Assembly: GCA_030606565.1 (NCBI GenBank)
Contig: JAUWGE010000004.1
Span: forward strand, 3,256 to 67,255
DNA: 64,000 bases
Source: Candidatus Bipolaricaulota bacterium
GTDB lineage: Bacteria > Bipolaricaulota > Bipolaricaulia > UBA7950 > UBA9294
Direction: 5' to 3'
A model generated the notes under the pieces. That model worked only from the letters and a program-made list of their open reading frames with translations, was not told where the DNA came from and did no database searches. How positions within the stretch are numbered: the stretch's first letter is position 1; every line of letters starts with the position of its first letter. The position numbers were made by a program, and so were the translations under genes. Below, one piece after another: positions 55,301 to 61,795 of this stretch.

Positions 55301-56132
55301 TGCTCCGGCCAAGGGCAAGACACGACAGCTTGTATTCCCTCGCTTTGGCTACACAACGGCTGGCTGGGATAAAATGCCGTTGGGAACAAACCTTGAGCGA
55401 ATCGGGAAGCAGTCTGTTTGTCCAATAGCTTTCGCTGAACATGGTGGAGGCAAAACAGTGGAGGATTTTGGTGGCATTCGCAAAGCACGTATCACTTACC
55501 GAGAAGAGGCTGAACTTCTCGTGAGAAACGCTGGGCGCCGTGGTTGTGGCTTCGCCATCTGTACGCGATGTGGCTTTGCCATGAGTGAAGTTGACTACGG
55601 TCAAGGTCGGATGAACCTACTGAAGGATTTTCACAAGCACGCATCTGTGTTTTCCAGTAACCCTGCAAGTTTCTGCTGGGGAAAAGGCGAGCAGACAGCG
55701 CCCGTCTTGAGAAACAGGGTACTTGCTGCTAGGGAACTGACTGACATGGCGCTCCTTGAATGGCCTGGAGCAACGTCAAACGAATATGATGGCCTGTATT
55801 CACTTGGACGCGCGCTGGTGCTGGCTGGCGCACGTCTTCTTGAACTGGACGAGCGCGAACTTGGAATGGAACTCATTCCACTGCGCGACAAGAATGTCGG
55901 TATCGTCATCTACGACACTGCCCCAGGGGGAGCAGGCCATTGTCAAAGACTCATTGATCTTGGCCGGGAGTGGATCGAGGCAACCCAGAATATTCTCTAC
56001 GTTGATGACAAGCACCACTCGCGCTGCAAGAAGGCTTGCCTTGACTGCATTCTTGACTTCTCCGGCCAGTATTCCGCGGATCGACTGGATCGACTGGCAG
56101 CCTTAACTCTCTTGGATGATGCAATTTCTTGA
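52284..56132 (+). CDS. helicase C-terminal (RecA2) plus zinc ribbons plus DUF1998 part of the same giant helicase (DruE-like)
   Basis: LPLVPHRLHFLVRAPEGLSVCLNPHC…CRYCG…CDNCGEW. Motifs V/VI VLSSTTTMELGIDIGGL…HRQRAGRAGRR. DUF1998-type C-terminus CPRCGS…AICTRCGF…IYDTAPGGAGHCQRL…CKKACLDCIL. Confidence 0.8.
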   Translation: MNVTRPYALLRIAAAARMRASDLPLVPHRLHFLVRAPEGLSVCLNPHCSGRDERRIPSIGCLQPIGDRCRYCGHILLPVHRCDNCGEWALAAHEKQDTFTLEPGYYAESAEQRTYYLLTRPKDLDLEEVVVDSEAGEIHGHGAAGVSLWKAPRESAESQVQHCPTCRSSWASADGEEQQPEWKRTCRSLVGGRPFALSVTAETVLHDLPPYRGISRHWKPSGGRRLLSFSDSRASAARLGPLLTQQHEMRVVRASMARCAQDLTPAGTAEYLASEVDRLKKQMASPRLLPELKQHLGAELQEKQVKLQRAKVGTSFTDYARLVTQRGELIQILDRDTAERHNADNYGQSEWERNGKEIKDHIEGLIAKELERPLKKRASVESVGLIEVVYPGIDSLGIPPLLEEKLSSNVRPKIAEVWPEFVALLLDSARRDSCVAWSHKTPGRTWLGESPLPGRWLTRTRGGWVAAAFVGATRRQLRRTFAFNMLHTAGCVDSQLECLSEEILCAVFDQLFQLAGKIGHGFAWLRNDDHHQTEPEEADKAIQILLDQLSVRSPAQLYRCEATGTVWAHSALGWVPIEGCLGTLRAITPEELDKDARWGRARRELKESPIFSEGLWAEEHSAQLSPQENRRLQNLFKKGIRNVLSSTTTMELGIDIGGLNGVLLSNVPPGPANHRQRAGRAGRRSDGSAVVVTYARNSEYDRQVFRRFGDFLKRGLRKPTVFLDRERIIRRHLHAVLLSEFLRSKQPEKTGAMHAYGKMGAFCGVKTIPSRWTRVSEPKPLWSPEGINVADQFIEFLGQLQTADGGFQSRLFHLSEHTVLSTIGELDSWREFVGSAVDVFRKAIDEWTRDVEQLREVWNEIPSQPATDKNREMAKANSIRHMIRALCEITVIERLADRRFLPRYGFPINLQSLTVRKAIEGSRRDYSAPDERYRLERSSLLALREYVPESRVLVGGRVATSRGLRKHWTDNNLDRALGLQYFSLECPEEHVYIRQSPDETCPRCGSAPAKGKTRQLVFPRFGYTTAGWDKMPLGTNLERIGKQSVCPIAFAEHGGGKTVEDFGGIRKARITYREEAELLVRNAGRRGCGFAICTRCGFAMSEVDYGQGRMNLLKDFHKHASVFSSNPASFCWGKGEQTAPVLRNRVLAARELTDMALLEWPGATSNEYDGLYSLGRALVLAGARLLELDERELGMELIPLRDKNVGIVIYDTAPGGAGHCQRLIDLGREWIEATQNILYVDDKHHSRCKKACLDCILDFSGQYSADRLDRLAALTLLDDAIS

Positions 56133-56363
56133 TGTCCTGCCCCCAGGTGCATCTTGCGGACGTTGTTCAGTCAACTCTCCTGAGGATCCGACTCGCGTTC
56201 CAATGAAGCGAGGTCCGAAAACGTACCTCTTATCTTTTCGCTAACGAACCCACGACGCTTTCTTTAGTTCAGGGGGGCACAAACCAGAACTTGCGCGATC
56301 TGTGTCCCTCGATTCCCACGTTTTGTTGCGTAGTTTGTCAGGTAGATAACTTTCTCTTTGCGG

Positions 56364-56437
56364 AATTCCGGGAACGCATACCATAATTCCTCAAGGAGCA
56401 GCCTGAAATAAGGTTTGTGTCCTCGAATTCCAACATG
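56364..56437. repeat. palindromic repeat element, copy A (full)
   Basis: AATTCCGGGAACGCATACCATAATTCCTCAAGGAGCAGCCTGAAATAAGGTTTGTGTCCTCGAATTCCAACATG. The head (GGAATTCCGGGAACGCA) and tail (TGTGTCCTCGAATTCC) are inverted repeats. A tail-only copy lies at 56300-56320. Confidence 0.8.
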
Positions 56438-56462
56438 ATATAAAGAGAAGACAGGAATAGAG

Positions 56463-56491
56463 TTGACTCCCTCCGCTCTTCAACATACTAT
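56463..56491 (+). promoter_or_regulatory. sigma70-like promoter
   Basis: TTGACT (56463-56468), a 17-nt spacer, then TACTAT (56486-56491), about 50 nt upstream of ATG 56541. Confidence 0.5.
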
Positions 56492-56540
56492 GTTGTAGAA
56501 GTGCACAATAATCATTGATGGACATGAAAGGAGGAGACTC

Positions 56541-56861
56541 ATGGGAGAAACATCCAGTCACAAACGGGCTAAAGCCAAGGCTGCGGGCAAATCAGGCAAG
56601 ACCGAGGTGCCACTCAAAGGCAACCGGCGGCTTGATGCCGTTTCGAAGGTCAAAGCCACTGAGGTTGAGCGCAGTGGCACCATGGCCGGTTTGGAGAAAG
56701 CGGCTCAGCGCCTCAAGGCTAGCAGAAAGCGGCAGAAGGTTCTCCAAGTTCCCCAAAAGGACATAGACAAGGCCTCACAGGCAATGCGAAACGTAGGGGT
56801 TGGTGGAACTGTCAAGAACATGTCAGGAACGAAACGACGCTCTGTCCCGAAGAAGAAGTAG
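56541..56861 (+). CDS. hypothetical Lys/Arg-rich small protein
   Basis: 106-aa ORF with AGGAGG 7-8 nt upstream. Strongly basic at both ends (HKRAKAKAAGKSGK…KRRSVPKKK). No family recognised. Confidence 0.6.
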   Translation: MGETSSHKRAKAKAAGKSGKTEVPLKGNRRLDAVSKVKATEVERSGTMAGLEKAAQRLKASRKRQKVLQVPQKDIDKASQAMRNVGVGGTVKNMSGTKRRSVPKKK

Positions 56862-56991
56862 AATTGCCCAGCCATGGGTTCCACTGTACCGGCTGAAGGC
56901 GTGCCTTCAGACAGCCAGTGAACCCAAGCGATGGAGCGGGCGCAAAGCGATCCATCGAGCTGCCGTTTGCAATTTTCTAAAGGTAAAGAGC

Positions 56992-57576
56992 ATGACAAAG
57001 TTCGGATTCAAAGAGATCACGCCGAGCAATTGGTTGGAACCCGACGATGTCCTGAAAGGGTTCGTCAGGATATCGCCTGATGGGCGACGCCACACGATCA
57101 CTGGTGAAGAGTACCTCCGACATATACTGAGACCCAGGCTGCTTGAATCGGTGCCTACAGGTGTGCAGGCGCTGTTTGAGGTTGCGCGTGGTGGTATGGT
57201 TTATGGCTATTTCTTCTACCCTCTCTACACCCTTGCCGCTGAGCAGCTATTCCGAGTTGTCGAGGCAGCTGTAGCTCATAAGTGCAAGGCGTTGGGAACG
57301 CCAAGATCAAGAAGAACCTTTGAGAAGAGAATAGACTGGCTTGTGGAAGGAGGAGTTATTCCAAGGTCGGAGTCTGCTCGCTGGCACGCTGCTCGTAAGC
57401 TGAGAAATGCGGCATCGCATCCGGAACGCCAGATGATCCTCCCACCAGGTAACGCAATAGGCATGTTGGAAAGAATTGCGGATGACCTTAACTCACTGTT
57501 CAGCGGCGGATTAGCTCATAGCCATTCCGGGGTAATTCCGGGGACGCATACCATAATTCCTCAAGGAGCAGCCTGA
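56992..57576 (+). CDS. DUF4145-like protein
   Basis: The start is set at MTKFGFKEI (ATG 56992). …ALFEVARGGMVYGYFFYPLYTLAAEQLFRVVE…IDWLVEGGVIPRSESARWHAARKLRNAASHPE resembles the DUF4145 helical module (…LRN..AH). Its last 14 codons lie inside repeat copy B. Confidence 0.55.
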   Translation: MTKFGFKEITPSNWLEPDDVLKGFVRISPDGRRHTITGEEYLRHILRPRLLESVPTGVQALFEVARGGMVYGYFFYPLYTLAAEQLFRVVEAAVAHKCKALGTPRSRRTFEKRIDWLVEGGVIPRSESARWHAARKLRNAASHPERQMILPPGNAIGMLERIADDLNSLFSGGLAHSHSGVIPGTHTIIPQGAA

Positions 57577-57608
57577 GATAAGATTTGTGTCCCTCGAATT
57601 CCTACATG
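57534..57608. repeat. palindromic repeat element, copy B (full)
   Basis: AATTCCGGGGACGCATACCATAATTCCTCAAGGAGCAGCCTGAGATAAGATTTGTGTCCCTCGAATTCCTACATG. It sits between convergent genes and overlaps both stop codons. Confidence 0.8.
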
Positions 57609-58087
57609 TTTGACTCGCGCTCACGAGAGGACAGACGAGTTATCAACCGCTCAATCTCGCCTTCGATCTCTTTCATTGCTGCGTCTGTAGACTTGCGATC
57701 CAGGTCCTCAACGTGCCAGTACTCCACCTGATCAGCCCATCGGATGAACCTCTCGTGCACGAGTTGTCTATGTTCATACTCATCTAGGGCCACTATTAGA
57801 TTGGCCGTCTCAAAATCATGGCTGCACGCTTGCTGCGGTGGCCTTGCTGCCTCGCCAACATCGATCCCTCTTCCTTCCAGAACCGTAACTGCGTGTGGAG
57901 ATAGGTTCTCCGACTTTGGCGGACCGCCATCCACAGTAATCCCTCTTGATGTCGCTTGCCAGCGCAGTCCAACGCGTTCGGCTTGTCGGTTGAAGAGAAT
58001 CTCTGCGATACGACTGCGGTAGTAGTTGGCCGTACAGAGAAACAGAACCAGCTGTCTATTGGTTTTCGACGTTCCTATTGTTGACAT
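57602..58087 (-). CDS. low-molecular-weight phosphotyrosine phosphatase / ArsC-family protein
   Basis: P-loop LFLCTANYYRSRIAE (CX5R-S) near the N-terminus and an acidic DLD loop near the C-terminus. 161 aa. Confidence 0.8.
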   Translation of the reverse strand: MSTIGTSKTNRQLVLFLCTANYYRSRIAEILFNRQAERVGLRWQATSRGITVDGGPPKSENLSPHAVTVLEGRGIDVGEAARPPQQACSHDFETANLIVALDEYEHRQLVHERFIRWADQVEYWHVEDLDRKSTDAAMKEIEGEIERLITRLSSRERESNM

Positions 58088-58088
58088 T

Positions 58089-58598
58089 TCAATCAGCTGG
58101 CCCCGGGAAACTGCGACCGAAGAGTATGAGGAAGAGAATGGCAGCCAGGCAGATCATCCCTATGAGCATCAGAATTCTCCCTCCCCTGTACCTAATCCTG
58201 TTGCGTTGGTAGACACCCGCTTCGCCTGCCCAGAGCTCCCGGACGCGGTTCACGTCAAGTGAGACGATACAGCGCGTCATCTTCATCTGAGTTATGTGTA
58301 GCGCACGAATGTAGAGGAAACAGGCCCATGCACCGATGACTTCAAACAACACGGCTACGAACGACAAAATCCGAGCAAAGAGTGGTAGAGCACGGATACT
58401 TGGTAAACCTATTTGAGCAAGGAAGAAGAACACGGTACCCAGCGACGCTGTTATGTAGAGCATTACATGTTTCTGGCTCCATTTGGCAAGAGAAAGCATC
58501 TCCTTTATGTACTCGATCTTGTGCTCTTCCTTCCCTTCGAGGGGGCTTGGTTTGTTCACTATGTCGAACGCTGTTCGCTTGTCCACAATCTCCTCCAA
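58089..58598 (-). CDS. hypothetical membrane protein (co-transcribed with the phosphatase)
   Basis: 169-aa ORF with a soluble N-terminus followed by 3-4 TM helices. Its stop lies 1 nt before the phosphatase ATG. Confidence 0.55.
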   Translation of the reverse strand: MEEIVDKRTAFDIVNKPSPLEGKEEHKIEYIKEMLSLAKWSQKHVMLYITASLGTVFFFLAQIGLPSIRALPLFARILSFVAVLFEVIGAWACFLYIRALHITQMKMTRCIVSLDVNRVRELWAGEAGVYQRNRIRYRGGRILMLIGMICLAAILFLILFGRSFPGPAD

Positions 58599-58757
58599 AG
58601 GCTAGGCAACAGTTGTACTGATGATCATTGACTACCAAATCTTGCTCACCATACCGTTAATCCGGCCAACACCAAGACCATACAGTTTTCGCAGCCAGGA
58701 GTCCACCGAAGCAAGATGCAATCCTCTCCGCTATCGTGAGGAGATGATAGCCAGGGA

Positions 58758-58784
58758 AATTCCGGGGACGCATACCATAATTCC
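58758..58784. repeat. palindromic repeat element, copy C (head only)
   Basis: AATTCCGGGGACGCATACCATAATTCC is identical to the first 27 nt of copy B. Confidence 0.75.
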
Positions 58785-59051
58785 ACGGCTACGTCAAGCG
58801 TTTGGTCGAGCAAGACCACAGAGTCGTTGCCCTTCTCATGTCGGAAGGGGTTCTGCGTACAGATTCAACAGGCCAGAAGGTCGCTTTCACCCACCAGGAG
58901 TATCTAGGCTACCTCATTGCCCGAAGACTAACTATCCTTCAACCACAGGAAGCTCGTTCCAGAAAAGCTCCTGTGGGCCTCTGAATGAATAGAAGATGCG
59001 GCTGTATCGGTGTTAGGGCTTTCTCCGGCTTGTCTGTGCCCCGATTACGAT

Positions 59052-59080
59052 TTGACTTAAGCGCTATCACGTGATAGAAT
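59052..59080 (+). promoter_or_regulatory. promoter with an embedded 14-bp perfect palindrome (probable operator)
   Basis: TTGACT (59052-59057), 17 nt, TAGAAT (59075-59080). CTATCACGTGATAG (59064-59077) is a perfect palindrome. The first possible start codons (TTG 59085, GTG 59088) fall at the expected transcription start. Confidence 0.55.
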
Positions 59081-59084
59081 TCTG

Positions 59085-59468
59085 TTGGTGGTAAAAGAAG
59101 AGGTAACCCGAGCGCTGGTAGCTGACTTTCTCAAGAGGTTCAAGGGAATCGCGGCTGAGGACCGCGTGATCTTCGTTGATCGCGAATCATGGAGAGACAC
59201 TCTCACGTGGCTGCGAATAACGCCCCGCCAAGCCAGAGAGGTGGTCATGGCTCTGGAAGTATCGGACTACTTCAGGGGCACCCCGTTCACAGAAGATCCC
59301 AAAGGTAAAGAAACTTGCGAATTTGGATGTACTGTTCTGAACGAGGAAGTGTACGTGAAGCTGCAGATCGATAAGAAGCGCAACAAAGCGATATGTATGT
59401 CCTTTCATATCCCCAAATGGCCGATGGAATATCCACTGCGAAAAGGAGGTGAGCAAAAGGTCAGATGA
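59085..59468 (+). CDS. type II toxin, MqsR-like
   Basis: …ITPRQAREVVMALEVSDYFRG…EVYVKLQI…AICMSFH… follows the MqsR pattern (…L…DFYKS…YIKL…ISFK). Non-ATG start. 4-nt overlap with the MqsA-like gene. Confidence 0.6.
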   Translation: MVVKEEVTRALVADFLKRFKGIAAEDRVIFVDRESWRDTLTWLRITPRQAREVVMALEVSDYFRGTPFTEDPKGKETCEFGCTVLNEEVYVKLQIDKKRNKAICMSFHIPKWPMEYPLRKGGEQKVR

Positions 59469-60511
59469 AAACCTTATTCTGTCCCCACTGTGAGGTTGAA
59501 CGGGACGTGACAATAAGGGAGGGTGAGGAGATCTTCAACGTGAGGGGAGAACCGATCTCTGTTTTGTCAAAGGTGGCGATTTGTGGCCATTGTGGCAAAG
59601 AGCTGGTGGACGAGGAACTTGAATCCGAAAACTTCGAGCGTGCGTACAGAGACTACCGCAAGAGCCATGACCTTCTATCTCCAAGAGAAATCAGGGGGAT
59701 TCGAGAAAGGTATGGGTTGTCTCAACGGGCGCTCGCGAAGCTCCTGCGCTGGGGAGAAGTAACCATAAACCGCTATGAGAATGGAGCGATACAAGACAAG
59801 GTCCATGACGACATGCTGAGGTTTATTGGCAATCCTCGCAATATGTGGGACGTGTACGAAAGAAATGCGGACGCGCTGCCACCACGGAGAGCTAAGAGAC
59901 TGCAGGAGAGGATTGAAGCGGCATTGCAGGGAGAGGTTGAGGTAGAATTCGAGCAGTCGCTCCAAAGAGTGCTTGGTGAGCGAGAGCCGGATGAAATGAA
60001 CGGATTCAGGCGCTTCGATCTTGACAAGATGGAGAACTTGATCCTGTTCTTTGCTAGTAGCGTCAACCACGCCTTCAAAACGAAGATGACCAAGCTGTTG
60101 TGGTACGCTGATGTTTTGTGCTTCAACGACACGTCTCGCTCGATCACGGGAAGTCCGTATCTGGCTTACAAGTTGGGTCCTGTGCCTGATAACTACGATT
60201 TGATCTTTGGGGACATGCAACGCAGGGGTGTCCTAGATGTGCAAGAGGAGGTTTTTGAGACGAGCCAGATAGGGGAGGGGTTTTGTGGAGAGCGCATTGT
60301 TGCACGACAAGGATACGATCCAGAAGCATTCTCACCAGACGAGCTGCGGTGTGCCGAACGCGTCGCCGAGGAGTTCAAAGACCTGTCCGCTACCGCGACG
60401 GTGAAAAGGGCACATCAGGAGGAAGCGTACAAGAGAGTTTATAAGGAAGGCGCTCGATCCGAGCAGATCCCCTATACCCTGGCGGAGACATTGAGTATCT
60501 CTCTAGACTAG
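59465..60511 (+). CDS. MqsA-type antitoxin (Zn ribbon plus XRE HTH) fused to a DUF4065/Panacea domain
   Basis: CPHCE…CGHCG zinc ribbon. LSPREIRGIRERYGLSQRALAKLLRWGEVTINRYENG HTH. C-terminal half LILFFASSVNHAFKTKMTKLLWYADVLCFNDTSRSITGSPYLAYKLGPVPDNY is the DUF4065 pattern. Confidence 0.75.
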   Translation: MKTLFCPHCEVERDVTIREGEEIFNVRGEPISVLSKVAICGHCGKELVDEELESENFERAYRDYRKSHDLLSPREIRGIRERYGLSQRALAKLLRWGEVTINRYENGAIQDKVHDDMLRFIGNPRNMWDVYERNADALPPRRAKRLQERIEAALQGEVEVEFEQSLQRVLGEREPDEMNGFRRFDLDKMENLILFFASSVNHAFKTKMTKLLWYADVLCFNDTSRSITGSPYLAYKLGPVPDNYDLIFGDMQRRGVLDVQEEVFETSQIGEGFCGERIVARQGYDPEAFSPDELRCAERVAEEFKDLSATATVKRAHQEEAYKRVYKEGARSEQIPYTLAETLSISLD

Positions 60512-60613
60512 TTGGGTTGAGCAGTGAACTGAGAAGGGGTGATTAGTTGACGGATCCTCGACGAATGCGTGAACCACTGGACTTGAAACTCCAGGCGCAA
60601 GCACTGAGAAGGA

Positions 60614-61006
60614 ATGAGGGTGAGAATTGGGATGCAGATTCCCTGCGGGTATGGTTCGGGAATGCTCTACCTAGCTATCTATGAGCGAAGAGGGCCAGGC
60701 CTACACTTGACACTTAATAGCAGCGTGAAGCCTGATCTTCATTCTTGGCATTCGCAAGGAGAACGATTTGGCGCGGGCGATGAGGAACGAGACTGGACAA
60801 CGATTGTTGGACGGGATTATTCCATCATTGATTTCTCGGCCAAGCACGGTTTCAACAGACTGAACGCCAGGAGCGAACTTCTGACCCCACCCCATGATGC
60901 GGGCAGAGCTGGCTCTTACTTGCATCGAGCGGGCATCGCCGAATACAAACTAAAGCAACATGAACGTACAATGACGGTAATTAACACCCCGCACATTGGG
61001 GTATAA
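60614..61006 (+). CDS. hypothetical protein (weakly supported ORF)
   Basis: 130-aa ORF filling the gap before 61025. No clear SD and no recognisable domain. Confidence 0.3.
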   Translation: MRVRIGMQIPCGYGSGMLYLAIYERRGPGLHLTLNSSVKPDLHSWHSQGERFGAGDEERDWTTIVGRDYSIIDFSAKHGFNRLNARSELLTPPHDAGRAGSYLHRAGIAEYKLKQHERTMTVINTPHIGV

Positions 61007-61024
61007 CAAGAGAGTTGAGCTAAC

Positions 61025-61795
61025 ATGGGCCACGAAAGAGTAGGAGTTCTTCCGAAGACCAAACGATGGGCGAGGATACTTGAGGAAATCGAAGCATTCT
61101 CCTCCCACGAGCTTGAGGTCGCAGAACTCGCAGAGTCAACCCTTCGGAACGTCGACGATCGTTATCGCAGAATCCACCTTGATGGAGGAGTGCAAGCAGC
61201 TTTCAGCTTTCTCGTTGCGCTTCCTCTTGCGGTTATCGGTTCAGAGGACGCGCAGAACATACTAGGGATTGATATTACCGAGAACCCTGGTGTGTTTGCC
61301 CTCGTAAGTGCGCTGAAGAGGTGGGTCAAGACACGTAGAGCCTCGCTGGAGTATTCGGGGATCGCGGAACGAGCAGCTTCAGATGCAATTGTATACTGGG
61401 TCAGCCAGCATGGACAGCCAGGGCTTTTCGGGGATCGGCTTGCTAGGGAGATCTGGGGGGAAGCTTCAACTGGTAGGGGCTCCTGTGAGCTAGCACGCTG
61501 CTTCTTCGCAAAGTTCACGGAGCGATATCTGAAGTACTTCCTAGATCGGGGAGCTTCCTCTAGAGCGAACACAATCGAGTCACGTAACAGACTGGATCGA
61601 GCCCTGAAGCTCCACGTCCATGATGTCTCTCGTCATGCTTTCGAGACATCAGAAATCACCCAATCCTTCGCTGCCGGCTGGTTCAACAAGCATGTCTCAC
61701 AGGGAATGCCTTCACAGAGGGATATTGAAGCATTCCTTGTTGTTGCGTTTGGGAAGCTCAGAGAGGAGATACTCAGGGAGGCTGGTGATACGTGA
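61025..61795 (+). CDS. hypothetical protein, partner of the QueC-like gene
   Basis: 256-aa ORF, predicted helical. Its stop overlaps the GTG start of the next gene (GTGA at 61792-61795). No family recognised. Confidence 0.6.
   Translation: MGHERVGVLPKTKRWARILEEIEAFSSHELEVAELAESTLRNVDDRYRRIHLDGGVQAAFSFLVALPLAVIGSEDAQNILGIDITENPGVFALVSALKRWVKTRRASLEYSGIAERAASDAIVYWVSQHGQPGLFGDRLAREIWGEASTGRGSCELARCFFAKFTERYLKYFLDRGASSRANTIESRNRLDRALKLHVHDVSRHAFETSEITQSFAAGWFNKHVSQGMPSQRDIEAFLVVAFGKLREEILREAGDT

Noticed and set aside
58621-58992. 123-aa plus-strand ORF that reads through repeat copy C (…EIPGTHTIIPRLRQ…).
   Set aside because: The frame is kept open by the repeat element. It has no SD, an odd composition and no domain. 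The region is more likely non-coding spacer upstream of the MqsR promoter.
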